64,000 nucleotides of DNA from Aplysia californica (GCF_000002075.1 NW_004797276.1:2239950-2303949), one strand, 5' to 3'; positions 41,643-54,641 are shown, numbered from the stretch's first letter. Made by a program: numbers and translations. The notes: a model not told the origin generated them from the sequence alone.

Positions 41643-42107
41643 CTGACAACGCAATTCATAAGGTTTTTAATTGTTGCTTAGGTTTTACCAAGCTTCATTA
41701 TCCTTAAAAAATCTGTTTCATATGAAGGTGCTAGCAGTGAAACAATTCCTTAGCTCAGCAACCAACAGACACATGAACATGGACAAAATTAATATTTCTA
41801 GTTACTTTGATAGAGAAAGCACATTTTAACTCAGCCATACTGTTACAAGAAAAACTTAAGAGCTTTTACAAGACATTGGCTGACCCGACAGAAAAACCAG
41901 GATAAATTCCAAGAAGATATTTATCAGTGAATTTCATGTTTTGATGCGGCTCACTTATTAAAAACTTCCCAAGACAGAAACTAACATTTCGTCTCATCAG
42001 AGGAAAAGGTCCTTAATGTATTTCTAAAAATATGAAAAACACCCACAAGAAAAAAATTTAAGGATCATGCACCCAAAAAGTGTTGTGGCTGTAGCGAAAT
42101 CACAAAC

Positions 42108-42213
42108 CTTGAAATTTCTTTCTTTTTCGATAATGAATCTCTGCTGATCGAGCACTGAACAATGAAGTCACTCGCAAGGTGTCGTATCGAAGCAAAGGGA
42201 GGCGTGAGAAGAG
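42108..42213 (-). CDS. Variable exon V14
   Basis: CAG/GTTTGT, 106 nt: LFSRLPLLRYDTLRVTSLFSARSAEIHYRKRKKFQ. Confidence 0.87.
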
Positions 42214-43178
42214 CTGTTAGAGTGATACATGCTTTACTTGAGACCATAAAGCCGATATTGAAACCTACTTGCTTGAGGAATGCACAATAAATGAACTCAA
42301 AAGCCAAGTAGCAGAGCATCTAGCATCCTTAATGATCCAAAGTTCAAAGTAAACAAGACCTTCCTAGAACACTATTCACATCTTACTTATCAAAACAACC
42401 TGCCAAATACAAAGTAGGCAACTCAGAACTCTGAAATCAACACCTGAACTATAAGATGACAAAAATATCCTCCCCACAATATTAAGCACTGAAAGCAACC
42501 CCTACCCTCCACCTCCTGAAATGGATCCAAGGCACTGGTCTCGACTAGGTGATATAAATTGCAATGTGTGACTGAAATTTTTCTAAGGAGGCAACTGGCA
42601 AAACAAAACATGACTAGAACATCAACAAGAATAACGGAGACCACGTGAAAGCATTAGTTTTTACGTATAGTAAGTTTTACAGCGCTTGCAATTGTGAAAA
42701 ACGAGTTCATTTGCTTAAATTTTTAAAAAACTTTTTACTTAGAAATAGCTCAAAATATTTTAAAATACTAGAAAAAGCATCAAGTGCTATGAGACACATA
42801 TAGTCCATCAAAATCAATGGCAGACTTATGACTGTTAATTGCACAGTTCAAGTCAATGTCTCTGCTCAGTAGCAGTAAAAATGAAGGTGCTGCGGTGAAA
42901 TGGGTGACACCTTTACAAAAATCCTTCCTCAATAGTTACCAGAACAAGTTTAGCAAATTCCATGAGGTACACCAAGACCCAAAATACACCCCTTTAAAAA
43001 ATCCTTCTTGGCTGAAGGTTGGGTTACAAAGAAAACTTGGACATAAATCATTTGGAAGCATGTTTTTTTTTTATCATCGCTCTAATTTGACAGGTTTGAC
43101 AGGGGGGGAAAAATATATAATGTACGCATCATGTATGTGGGCGTTGAAAAATTCAAAAGATGAAGATTTCCATTGTAC

Positions 43179-43278
43179 CTCTCTTCTTTGCCTCATGATT
43201 TCTTGACCAAGTATTGTAACAAAATCTCGCTGAAACCCTTTTCACATCATATTGCAAAAGCGGCAGACGATGAAACAA
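43179..43278 (-). CDS. Variable exon V15
   Basis: CAG/GTACAA, 100 nt: LFHRLPLLQYDVKRVSARFCYNTWSRNHEAKKR. Confidence 0.85.
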
Positions 43279-44108
43279 CTGTCGAACAAGGATAGGTTGT
43301 GTTACGACATATGTGTTACAGCACTGCCAACACAGAAATGTCCGATGGAGCTTCAACAATGCTGTCAATCAATGCAACAAAGAACAGGGTAAACCCCACC
43401 CCAGGACAGGACGTGTCTACACTTATCTTAACTGGGCAAAAGACATCTTTTGTGAATAAAAAAGAATAGAAGAAAAGAATATCTGGTGCTGAGTGAACTC
43501 ACTATTGAATTAATATGCTACAATCACTCCAAACCTTGCATTAGTCCAACTAAAAACCAAGTATGTGCTCTCACTCCTTTCTTCATTGTTAGCACAACTG
43601 ATTTTAGAGCATAAACTCTGTACTCACTCTACAATACCGAAGCACTGAGTCTGTCCAAAGCAACAACATGCCCGTGCACTAACTTTAATATCAAAACAGC
43701 CATCATCATGTGAAATTCAGGACAAGCAAAACGGAAATCCCTTTGGATAGATCAAAGAAAAATCTCCCAAGAGTCCAGCAACTATTGCAAGACAAAAACA
43801 TACTGATACGGAGGTTCATCACATTTGGAACCAACAACAGGATATGACAACTTATGAATATTTCAGATTATCAGGACTGCGTGTCAAGTGGAAAATCAAA
43901 TGTTGCACACCCCACCCCTCTTTTAGAGTTCCATTGACAGCACAAGAATGAACAAATCAGAGAAAATAATACTTTCCTCTGACTGAGCTGGTTACAACTG
44001 TCTGCCTATGTACTGAATCATATACATATACACAAGAATTACTGCAGTTCATTGCACTTGCTCTATCAAGAGAAAAAATTTCTAGTCGGGTGACAATGAG
44101 AAGCCTAC

Positions 44109-44229
44109 CTCTCCTTCGACATCTCCAGAGTGACCTCCTTTCTTCATAGCGAATTTCAGCTGTTCTTGTGCAGAATTTTGAAACCAAACGACGTATGTGA
44201 AGTCCCAGAATTGGTTGGCGATTCACTAG
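44109..44229 (-). CDS. Variable exon V16
   Basis: CAG/GTAGGC, 121 nt: LVNRQPILGLHIRRLVSKFCTRTAEIRYEERRSLWRCRRR. Confidence 0.87.
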
Positions 44230-44409
44230 CTGTGTACAACACAAATAATCACAACCCCAAAACTTTATAAGTTCAGTCTTTCAAATTTCTAACTTGGTGC
44301 CATGCAAGGAAATTTACAATGTTTTCAGATGAAAGAGCTGTAACCAACCAGTCCATGTACCAAGATTAGCTTTTGGTCAAAAGTAGATAATTCTACAGAA
44401 AAATATCCA

Positions 44410-44510
44410 TTGAGCTCTATACAGTAACAGAGTCCACGCCAATGTACTACTGAAATGTCCCGATCAGTCGTTTTTTATCAAGGCCCAAAAACAGGAATAT
44501 TAGCTACCAG
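44410..44510 (-). pseudogene. Pseudo-exon (dead paralog of V17/V18)
   Basis: Intact acceptor, then LVANIPV, a +1 frameshift, LGLDKKRLIGTFQ*. The flanking intron matches that of V17 and no donor is recognisable. Confidence 0.75.
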
Positions 44511-45012
44511 CTGCCAAATTCAAGAAAGGAGCAAATTAAATACTCCAGGAGCCCAATAACAACTAAACAGAGGGAGGGAAAGTCCTGTACAGACTTTTGC
44601 GAGACAAGAGACCTACTTGATGTATATGCCAGAACAGAACAGCATTATGCCTGCTGCCAACACAAAACAGAATTAAGCCTACAGATCCTTGCACCATGTA
44701 AGATGTAAACCTGTCAATGAGTCAGAATTGGAGCCTCATAAAAAAAAGAAAGAAAGATAGCAACATTTACAATAATTTCCTAAACAATACTGGCACAAAC
44801 AGCGCTGAATGAGCGAATGCACATATCCACCCACACACTCAAAGCCAATAGGACAACAAATCTCCAGGAGATACAACCTGCTATTATTGTTCCAACTGCC
44901 CGCCCAAGCATTCTGATTATCTTCTCTAATTCTAAAAGACCACGGTATGATCATTACAATATTTGTTTTAATCAGTTGAACTACAGAAAGACACAAGTAA
45001 ATCTAGACTTAC

Positions 45013-45112
45013 ACATCCTTCGAGCTTTAAATCGGATATCCTTTACTCTGGTACAAAATGCCCAGACCAGTCGACTCTCGTCCAGGCCTAAAATAGGAGT
45101 ACGAGCCACGAG
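45013..45112 (-). CDS. Variable exon V17
   Basis: CAG/GTAAGT, 100 nt: LVARTPILGLDESRLVWAFCTRVKDIRFKARRM. Confidence 0.9.
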
Positions 45113-45896
45113 CTGCCAAGTTAGCAAAGGAGCAAAGCTAAACAATGCAGTAGAGACTTGTTACATTTAAAATGTCAAAATGTTCTGCGATGCCACACAA
45201 GAGAACAGATTTATGCCCAGATCAGTGGAAAAACATTATCACTATTCAGATGCCAGCAGCCTGAGGTTAATAAAAAACTTGAAAAATTTCTAGTACCACT
45301 TAAAGTGCCATAAAATAGTGGACAATAGGAAAGAGGTTTTACAATACACATATCTATACAGATATAAAACACTTTTGTGTGTAGTTTTTACACTGTTAAA
45401 GCAAAATGAACTACAAGACAGTCTTTGTGTTGACAACATTTAAACATTCAATGGTCACGAGTCTTCAAAACCCGGCGTCACCAAATCCTTATACCTGAGC
45501 CCCTCGGATAGAGGTAGACTGGAATACATCTCTGGGACTTGCAAACGAGGACATATTCAGACACACACACACAGAGGGCAGAGGAAAGTAAACAGCTAAT
45601 GAAGAGGTCAAACAAGATTCAAATGAAGATCTCAGCTGGAGCCCATTCAAGGGTCTTCATACACCAGAGCATGTTGACCGTCAGAGAACAGTATTTCCTT
45701 ATAAAACCCAGCAGGTTGCTTACAGTGACCACTAATGGAGAATCCAAGGGCATTCTATAATACAAACAAGCAAATTACCTTGTATCATAGATTGAACTGA
45801 AAACTTTAGAAAACCCAAATCCCATTCTAATTTTTAACGAAACATGTCACGTGTGCAATTTGCCAATGAACGGTAGCTCCCTAGTATTACACTTAC

Positions 45897-45996
45897 GCAT
45901 CCTTCGAGCTTTAAATCTGATATCTGTAGTCCTGGTACAAAAAACTTTGATAAGTCGATTTTCATCCAGGCCTAAAACAGGAGTGCGAGCCAAGAG
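45897..45996 (-). CDS. Variable exon V18 (close paralog of V17)
   Basis: CAG/GTAAGT, 100 nt: LLARTPVLGLDENRLIKVFCTRTTDIRFKARRM. Confidence 0.9.
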
Positions 45997-46426
45997 CTGC
46001 CAAAATCAGCAAAGAAACACATTACAACAGACCTATTACAATTAAACTGACTAAATGCAAAGAATTTGGTTGGTTGAGTAAAGAGAAGCACATCGACACA
46101 ATAATGGTCATTTAGTGCTGGGGAAAAAGTAAGACAGACAGAAACAAAAGAGGGAAAGTAAAGAATTAGGAGCTACCAGCGGCGCCCTACAAACCACCCG
46201 CAGTGCAAAGAATGGTGAAGGTAGCAACAAGATCTCATTCAGATCAGCAACACTTTATTGAATTACTGAATGCCAGGATAGCTAAACTGTTAAAACTGCA
46301 CATACCAAAACACAAAATGGGACACCTGCGATAGGCGAGACAGGGAGGAATCACTGAGCTGACATTGCAACTACAACTCGTAAGGTCACCAAAAGTAACA
46401 ATTGATCTCTTGTCTACAAAACTCAC

Positions 46427-46535
46427 CTGATTCTCGAGCTTTTCGTCTCCTATGCCTTATGCCTTGGGCTCTAATGCTAAATGTTATCTCCAGACGTCTT
46501 ATGTCATGTTGGAGAATGGGCAAACGGGACTTTAA
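46427..46535 (-). CDS. Variable exon V19
   Basis: CAG/GTGAGT, 109 nt: LKSRLPILQHDIRRLEITFSIRAQGIRHRRRKARES. Confidence 0.88.
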
Positions 46536-47255
46536 CTGTATAACAGACAAATATTTTGTCCATCATTTTAAAATATTCAGAAACTACTGTGTCAGCAGTG
46601 TTCATCTTGCAACAGGTCAAAGAATATTCCTAAAAAAAATTCTTAAACAAGGTTCTGGCCATTTTTGTCATTATTCATTTACTGGCTTATTTTCACAGGC
46701 TTTATTTCACCATTTTCCAAATGCTGAGCGACTAGAAGATCCAGGTTTCAAAAATATGTGGCCCAGCTAGAATTCACAAAACAACACAGGAAAAGAATAG
46801 AAGTGAAGACAATTGCTGAAAATAAAGCAACCAAATATCCAACTCAAAGAGCAAATGCTCATGGCAATAACCACCAGCATATACTGGCAGGAAAAAACTA
46901 TTCTGTCACTCTATACCACAGTGATCTCTTTCATTTCAGACTACAGATAGGCTCCTGAATGGTAAGTGACTACGGTTTACAAAAACATTCCTAGGATACA
47001 TGATCTCTCACAATCAGATCTATCTTTATAAACCACTTATTAGGGAGAAAACAAGGGAAAAAAGGAGACCAACCCCCCCCCCCCCCCCAAACAAAACCTG
47101 CAGTTTTCAACAAAACCAACTGCCTACTGTTGGTCAACTACAAAGCAATGGGGTTTATGAGACGGAACCGAACACCTTTCCAGATCACACATTTGAAAGG
47201 ACTCACTGAACATTGAACAGATTTCAAGTCCTTAGGAACAAATTCCTTAACCTAC

Positions 47256-47361
47256 CTCTTCGACGAGCCACACGAGCTTGATAACGAAACTCTGCACATC
47301 TAGCAGCAAAGTAAGCTTCAAAACTTGGGTGCTTTTGAACTATGGGCAAACGACTCAGCAC
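47256..47361 (-). CDS. Variable exon V20
   Basis: CAG/GTAGGT, 106 nt: VLSRLPIVQKHPSFEAYFAARCAEFRYQARVARRR. Confidence 0.87.
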
Positions 47362-48258
47362 CTGACAAGCATAGATTGTAGTCAGACTTCGTTTATTTGG
47401 ACACAACCATTTCTACGGCTTCACAGAGTTCAAGCTTAACATACACAGTACAAAATAAAGAGCCTTCCACAACAAAAATATGACCATGTCAGAATAATCA
47501 ATAATCAAGTGATCTCAAGATGATTTTGGTAACAAGCTGCTTAAAAAAAACATATTTTGTTGCAACACTGTGGTGGTATATTTCTTCAGTTTAGTCCAGA
47601 CCCCTGTACCGTATCCTCAAGTTAAAAAATTGGTAAGACAGGAACACTATGATACTTGCAACACCACAATGCCTCAGATAGGTAGGAAAGCAGATCACCA
47701 GTTATGGAAATGGAACAAGAAACAGAAAACTACACCAGAGAAAAACTTTAGCCATCTGCATGGAGAACAACAAGAGTCAAAATAGACGACAACCAATCCT
47801 CAGAACGGACAATAAGTTCAATATGCATTTTACATTCAAGATCCATAAACACCATATACAAGGAAAGCCATGTAAATTTACACAAGGGAGTTCTTTTTAA
47901 GTGTATCATTTCACTGCAATTGTAGTCAAGACTTGACTCTCCAAACAAGATTTGCCACCCAAAAGTTTGCAATGTCATAAAAAACTATTAACGAGGTTTT
48001 TTGTACTATTTTTTTTTTAATATCGACCGCAAAAATATGTTTATAAGGACTTTAATAATTTTGTTTTCACACAGTTCAGTCAGGCAAAAACATACACCTG
48101 GGAAAAAAGCAAACAGCTAAGACAGTCTTCAACCACTGCAAAGTACTGTTCCAGAACATAATAATTATACAGGAAGGGGATTCAAACTTTTTTAAAAATG
48201 TGATGAAAAAAGTGCTTCTCAATAACAACAAACCAAACATCTTCATCAGGTCTCTCAC

Positions 48259-48364
48259 CTTTCAATCTATTTCTCAAATCAAACATCCTCTTGCGAGTTC
48301 GAGACAAGAAAATAGGAACGACTCGGTGAAGATTAGATCTGAGTAAGGGCAGACGAAGACAGAG
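48259..48364 (-). CDS. Variable exon V21
   Basis: CAG/GTGAGA, 106 nt: LCLRLPLLRSNLHRVVPIFLSRTRKRMFDLRNRLK. Confidence 0.88.
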
Positions 48365-48586
48365 CTGCAGAAAAAAAATAAAATGCAGACCACAGAATAT
48401 GCCATGCTCCGTGCTCCAGTAATCCCACGGAAACAACCATACCTTAATAGGACAATTATCACAACTGCTGATGCTGTGGTACAAGCACAAAAGATTCACA
48501 TATTTCTATTAACATCTTAATTCTACACCATAACTAAAGAAATTTCAAAGGAATGAAATTTGGTAGTTGCAATAAGACAGGCAAAC

Positions 48587-48686
48587 CTCGACGCTTCTGG
48601 GAAGATCTTCTAACTCTAGCTGTTTGACAGAACAAAAGCTCTGCACGCTGGATACAAAGCCCAAGCACTGGAAGCCTATGTAACAA
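48587..48686 (-). CDS. Variable exon V22
   Basis: CAG/GTTTGC, 100 nt: LLHRLPVLGLCIQRAELLFCQTARVRRSSQKRR. Confidence 0.84.
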
Positions 48687-48918
48687 CTGTGAAGTGACAA
48701 GAGAGAGAATATCCTCAAATGGGACCAACCTTGACTAAAACAAGAATTTCATCAATAACTTTCAGAATAATGTGTGCAGTGGTGAACAGAAGAGTGGCCA
48801 TGACTAAATTAAACTGTACAGTTAATCTCTTGACTACTTCAACACAAGGGAACAGATTATTTCTTTTTTTAAAAACTATTGAGGCCTTTTAACAGATGAA
48901 ACGTGAAGTGCGACCTAC

Positions 48919-49018
48919 CTGCCATTTTTTTTGCATATCGTCTGCCTTTGGCTCTGGCAGCCATAAGCCAGCGGAGGCGCTTTGTGTCAAATCCCAAAAT
49001 CGGGCGCCTTCTGATCAA
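48919..49018 (-). CDS. Variable exon V23
   Basis: CAG/GTAGGT, 100 nt: LIRRRPILGFDTKRLRWLMAARAKGRRYAKKMA. Confidence 0.88.
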
Positions 49019-49329
49019 CTGATACATAAATAAGGCAAAGGGGCCAATGTAAAGATAGCTCACAAGATAGAGTGGTGAGAAACATCACTGGAAAAGCAGC
49101 CCTTGACAAAGTGGTAATCAGACTGTAATAAGTAAGTCCAGATGATAAGATTATTACCCCAATCAAGGTGGAGAATTTTGTGCTGCACCAAATATCAAGC
49201 TCCCTTTTGAATTTGTCAAGAACAGTTTCACTTCATAAATATTTCTTTTTCAGGAATGCATCCGTAAGGGACATTGCTTTTGTACAGCGCTAAATGTTTT
49301 CCATATTTAACGACTGATTTCCAACTTAC

Positions 49330-49426
49330 CTGCTCGTCTTCTCCTTAAATTCTCGGAACCACGAATGTTAAGCAATAAAGCAGCCCTCGCCGGATCATGC
49401 CGAAGCAAAGGAAGTCTAGAAAACAG
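49330..49426 (-). CDS. Variable exon V24
   Basis: TAG/GTAAGT, 97 nt: LFSRLPLLRHDPARAALLLNIRGSENLRRRRA. Confidence 0.88.
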
Positions 49427-49499
49427 CTACAGCAGAATAGGGATAATCAATATTTCTGACTGCTAATATATAAGGAAGCAAAGGGAACAAATTACTCAC

Positions 49500-49605
49500 C
49501 AGTGCCACCTCTAGCCCGTGCCCATTTTCTTTTGGAAGTGGTTTCAGAAAAAGTCATGGCCACTCTTTTCACTTCACACGACAATACAGGTATACGACGG
49601 AACAA
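49500..49605 (-). CDS. Variable exon V25
   Basis: CAG/GTGAGT, 106 nt: LFRRIPVLSCEVKRVAMTFSETTSKRKWARARGGT. Confidence 0.88.
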
Positions 49606-50432
49606 CTGTTAAAAATACAGACTCATCTTACACAATCATGCCATCAATAGGAAATTGAAAAGGTTATTATTTCTTTGTACTTCAAAACGTTTTTCGAAAT
49701 TCAAGAAATCAAAAGCCCTCTTGCCCTACACACAATCCCAAACGCAGTCTTTCACGAAAAAGAATGGCTAGAGACCCTAAGCAAGCTATACCAGTGGGAC
49801 GGACTACTGACACAACAGATCCAAAATCAATCAATCTCCTTATGAATGTATGACAGGACAGAAACAACTTCTAACAACATCCATGTGTGTTGTGCATCAC
49901 AGGCGTAACTAAACATTACAGTCACTCAACACCAGTGAAAAACCTCTCAAAGATACATTTCGAGTGACCAATCAGAAGATATTTTAATCATCCCCAAAAC
50001 ATATCGCTTGCCCAGTACCAAGTGTCTGTACAATGTGAAGAGGCTGTACATCACTTTCACTATGTTGTGTGAGGACTATCTTTGCCAAATAACCAGCTGA
50101 CGAGACTTGTTTTTGTTATCAGGTGTGCGCTGTCTAGGTTGTTATGAAAATGTCCCTTTGTACAGCTTTATCTGTTGGCGTGTTTCACGAACTGAAGTGG
50201 GCATTAAGAGGAAGTGACCGTGCATTTACATGTTTAATTACATTGTTTTAACAAAACTGTCGCACAAGGAAAGCCTACGTTTGAGCGCAACTTTGTATGG
50301 TGTGCGTTTTGGAGGAAACTACTGTAGTAGCATTGTATGGGGTAAATCAAGCCTGTTTTCGTTCAAGTGAATAGCAAAATTCTGAGACTCGTAAATAGAT
50401 AGAGGGTGGAAGAATGCACGAGCACTTCTCAC

Positions 50433-50544
50433 CATGTCTTGCAGCAAGGCACCTATGGTGAGACATTCTTCTCAACACAGTCTTGTTAAACAAGACATGA
50501 AGTCTGCGCATGTCTAACTCAAGGACAGGAAGACGGGAACATAG
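50433..50544 (-). CDS. Variable exon V26
   Basis: CAG/GTGAGA, 112 nt: LCSRLPVLELDMRRLHVLFNKTVLRRMSHHRCLAARH. Confidence 0.88.
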
Positions 50545-50947
50545 CTGGTGACAAGCAATCAAATGTTATTCATAAAACCTCAAAATGTCATTTTTCAGAG
50601 ACAATCAAGTCTTGCCTTTTTTTTTGATGCTGGGAAATTATAGAGACAAGCTGTGAAGAATCTCATTTCTGTTGGATCCTATTGCATATCGTCAACTTTC
50701 AAACTTTTGGCTTCCATACCAAAAATTGCTTCCCAGCGAGAACCCCACGACATAACAAGACCTGTTTATTGAGAAAGTTCATTCAAACAACCTGTCACTT
50801 TTCCAATGCTGAAGATGTAACAACCTGTACAGCAGGAGCACATTCAATTTTTAAAGAAAGAAGAAAACTGTTCAAAAGCAAAATAGCGAATAGAACAGCC
50901 TCGTGACTCTATAGGTCCACTTTGGTCTCAACACTGGCCTACCTTAC

Positions 50948-51053
50948 CTGTTTTTTTGTGGAACCTCTTGGACATTCTCTTTCTACTTGTTTCTCTCAAA
51001 ACAGTGCTAGCACGAGCAACATCAAGACTAATAACGGGCAATTGATGGAAAAG
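50948..51053 (-). CDS. Variable exon V27
   Basis: CAG/GTAAGG, 106 nt: LFHQLPVISLDVARASTVLRETSRKRMSKRFHKKT. Confidence 0.88.
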
Positions 51054-51613
51054 CTGTTGATAGCAGTACAAATATATCTACACGTAAATTTGATGTGCTT
51101 ATTTAACACAGATGAGTGTCATGGCCAGTTCAACAGGAATTATTTGACAAACTGACAGCTACCACCCCTAATCTTTTAATGCTGATTGAAAAGTTAAAAT
51201 TTTTTGGGAACAAGAAAATGCCCTAAAAAGACCAGTGCTAGAAGAGATAAGACGTTGAAACCAATCTAAGTCATGTCAGACAACTAAAAATCTATGCATA
51301 CATGTGTGTACATCACCGGTCATGTTTTCATAGCCAAGAGGACTCTTCTTCCAAAATAACAGGACTTCGATGAATTTTCCATGAAGAAATGAACAAGTGT
51401 ATGAGTACAATAAAGAACTATGGAATCTGGATTAGAAAACTGAAATTCTAAACCCCTGACCTCGTTTTCATAAAAAGCCCATACAAGACGACAAGAAAAC
51501 CTGAAAAATCGCAACTTCACTTTCATCTTTTGCCCAGTGCCAATTTTGCAAACGGGGTGAAAGAAAGCAGATACAAACTGAAAAAAAATATATTGCTGAA
51601 AAAGTGTAGCTAC

Positions 51614-51722
51614 CAAGTCTCTTTCTGTTGTTCCATTGCCACTTTCGTTTCCTTGAGGTGTCAGCTAGCAAGCTTATGGCTCTTAAAGGGTCAGAGCATA
51701 AAATCGGAAGGCGGGAAAACAG
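51614..51722 (-). CDS. Variable exon V28
   Basis: CAG/GTAGCT, 109 nt: LFSRLPILCSDPLRAISLLADTSRKRKWQWNNRKRL. Confidence 0.83.
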
Positions 51723-52030
51723 CTGTCAAAATAATATACCACAAACGGGTGTCCATCATTACTATCTAATAAATAGTGAGGGGAAGAGGCAGTCCTTAAA
51801 GTTACTACCTGTGGTGAAATTCTATGTTACAAAGCAAACCAAAATTGTGAATTAAATCAGTCCTAACCTGTCACATCCAAACACCAAGAAACAAAATTGT
51901 ATCTATGTATATAAGAACAGAATCATTTAAAAAGTTTCAGGAACAGTCACAAGAATTCTTTTTTTATTGTACTAAACAAAAAATGAATTGTCCTCTCCAC
52001 AATTGCCTTACGTTTCCACAGATCACTCAC

Positions 52031-52130
52031 ATCTCTTTTTCTGTACCCAGAGTCTCTGACATACTTTTCGCACCATCATATTAGCAGCCCGAGCAACATC
52101 ATAGCCCGCCAATGGCATGCGTCTAAAAAA
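52031..52130 (-). CDS. Variable exon V29
   Basis: CAG/GTGAGT, 100 nt: FFRRMPLAGYDVARAANMMVRKVCQRLWVQKKR. Confidence 0.87.
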
Positions 52131-52215
52131 CTGAACAGAGACGTAAAATTACAGTTACAAATTGAAATGGGATGGCTTGGCCAAAAGGTAATAAAATAAT
52201 ATCAGCATGACATAC

Positions 52216-52318
52216 CTTTAACTTTACCTCGTTTTCTAAGCCTGTCTCGAGTTACTTCCAAAAACCTACATACAGTCACATCCATGTTGTGACGAAGCAA
52301 TGGAACCCTTTTGAGCAG
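52216..52318 (-). CDS. Variable exon V30 (alternative in-phase donor ends the exon at 52228)
   Basis: AAG/GTATGT, 103 nt (or GTAAAG, 91 nt): LLKRVPLLRHNMDVTVCRFLEVTRDRLRKR(GKVK). Confidence 0.83.
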
Positions 52319-53160
52319 CTTAAAAAGACAGAATTTGAGGAAAAGAGGTCATCGTTGTAATTTCATTGTTGTAACTTTATTGTGAGCAACAATAGCCAGA
52401 AGAAAAACCACTAAAAAATGTCTTCGCAACATGAGATCAGTCATTTTAAGTAACAAGACCCTATAGGCTCAAAGTGCTATGGGGAAGTTCCAAATTCTGA
52501 TTGCCACCCAAGCCTCCATGAAAGACTTGCTATTAACATCTCCTAATCAGTCATGAACTTACCATGGAAATACACCAAGGACAAAGTACAAGGAGAAGAG
52601 ACCTATTTTTTTAATAGCTCGAGGTGGTCTAGAAAACAAACCAAAGTAGTGATTGAGGATCAACAATTTTACAAAAGAAAAGCTGAAGAAAGAACTGAAC
52701 CGCACACAAGTAATCTTTCAATACAAAATATATTCCGGGTTGTTCTTTTTTACAACTACAACATAACCGCGAAGCTTCCTGTAAGGATTTTTTTTAGTTG
52801 AATAGTAATAAATAGGTTCAAACGGTCCCAAATGCCTGTACACTAATCATGTCTGTGACACAGATATCTAAAACTACGGCAACTGACTCGATTGTACCTA
52901 AATCCAAAATTCCGTTGTTGGCTGGGAGGTATGTAGACCGACACGGGATGGAAGAAGCAAGCGAAAGTTCTCAGAGTTGTAGAGAGATAGATACCGTGAA
53001 TCAACACAACAGTAGCCACATTTCCCCAGACATGGGACAATCAAAACAGGGAAAAAGCAAAAGGAGCAAATCACACAAGCGCCCATAAACCAACTGCACC
53101 TTACAAAGAAGTAAGATTAGTGGAAACTCGCTGATTGAAAAAAAAAAGCATATATATTAC

Positions 53161-53278
53161 CTCTAGCATTCTGTTTCAAGCGAATGCGTCTCATGGCTGT
53201 TCGTGTGCGACAAATTTCAATGAAATAGGTCTCTGTTGCTTGGTTCCTTAGTTGAAGTATTGGCAGCCTAGCATATAA
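53161..53278 (-). CDS. Variable exon V31
   Basis: AAG/GTAATA, 118 nt: LYARLPILQLRNQATETYFIEICRTRTAMRRIRLKQNAR. Confidence 0.85.
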
Positions 53279-53523
53279 CTTTAAGGAGTAAAATTTAGAA
53301 GATTGTGGGGACTATCCAAGCTCTACAGACATTCACATTAATAACACTAAAATTATAATTTTCCAAAGCAAATGAATTTCCACACAAACAGACCCTTTAA
53401 TGGCAGATCGTCAACTAATCCAAAAACCATTTTTTGACAGACTAGAAGGTCCAAGCCAAGCTTCATTTCCAGATCTAAAACACGTTGATCGGATGACAAT
53501 TCAAATACATGTAATTAACTTAC

Positions 53524-53629
53524 TTAATCTCGTACTGTTCCGCTTGTTTATTCTCTTTCTTGTACTATCCCACAGGTAATCAGCGGCAGCGCGAAGACCG
53601 AACTTCAGAACCGGCATTCGTTGACATAA
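53524..53629 (-). CDS. Variable exon V32
   Basis: CAG/GTAAGT, 106 nt: LCQRMPVLKFGLRAAADYLWDSTRKRINKRNSTRL. Confidence 0.88.
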
Positions 53630-54042
53630 CTGTACAAAGTACCAGTGTACTAATAACAAAACTACAGACAGTACAACAGACTTTTTTCCTAAAGAATCCA
53701 ATTCCAAAAGGAGCTGTGACAATACAAAATGTATTTTTCTCAATACAGGGGTTTACAGCTACCAATTATGCGTTGATCTACTTTGTGGCCTATGTACAGG
53801 ACCTGTACAACTAAATCCTCCTGTAGACCTCTCATCTAATTTAAACCTTTTATCAGTTTCTTATTTAAACCTCTTATCAGATTCTAATCCAAAGCTACAA
53901 TGACTCCACAGATGAGCACCAAGACAGACTCCCAACAAAACCAAGGACCAAAGTATCCAATGACTGATGCTGAGAACATATCTCAGGGACAATCAACTCT
54001 GTTCCACTGCATACAGAAAAACAAAGAAACAGCCAAACTTAC

Positions 54043-54148
54043 GTCGCAACCTAAAACTGGTTTGAGAGCGGCGAGACATTGTACTGTTATACAAGTAACT
54101 TGATGCTCTCACCAGATCCTCTTTTAATATTGGCAATCTGTCAACCAC
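54043..54148 (-). CDS. Variable exon V33
   Basis: CAG/GTAAGT, 106 nt: VVDRLPILKEDLVRASSYLYNSTMSRRSQTSFRLR. Confidence 0.88.
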
Positions 54149-54415
54149 CTGTCAAATATCGGGCAAAAATAAACTTAACAAATCCATGATTAACTTTTAA
54201 GTGTTCATGAAGAGCCAATTCATTATGGTGCAAACAGGAACTTCAAATATTAAGACAGAGCACATTTCACAATCATCCCACAACAAAGCAGGCTGGATAA
54301 GGTCTTCAGATAGACAAAATACAAAACAAAAGAAAAAAGCTCTCACTCCTTGAAATCTCTTGTCTATAAAACAATAGAAAACTTCCAGATCAAAAGTTCT
54401 CCCGACAAAACTTAC

Positions 54416-54527
54416 TGCTTAATCGTTGGCGGTGGAGCTTCACATGTCGTCTCGTCATGGCATTTTTATTCAAATATAAGGCCACCTTATCGAGCTGTCT
54501 TGTCAACTCAGGCATTCGCTTCAGTAA
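54416..54527 (-). CDS. Variable exon V34
   Basis: CAG/GTAAGT, 112 nt: LLKRMPELTRQLDKVALYLNKNAMTRRHVKLHRQRLS. Confidence 0.88.
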
Positions 54528-54641
54528 CTGACAATCAAAAGAGTAAAATTCTACAGGATAGCACTGATGCAGCACATGAGCCCTTTTGGCAGTTGGCAAG
54601 CAGTTAAAAACAAAAGAGCACAACCTTACAAGTCCACTTAC

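Noticed and set aside
51460-51501. RLVWAF peptide resembling V17
   Set aside because: Short match, wrong phase relative to the acceptor and no invariant Pro; probably chance
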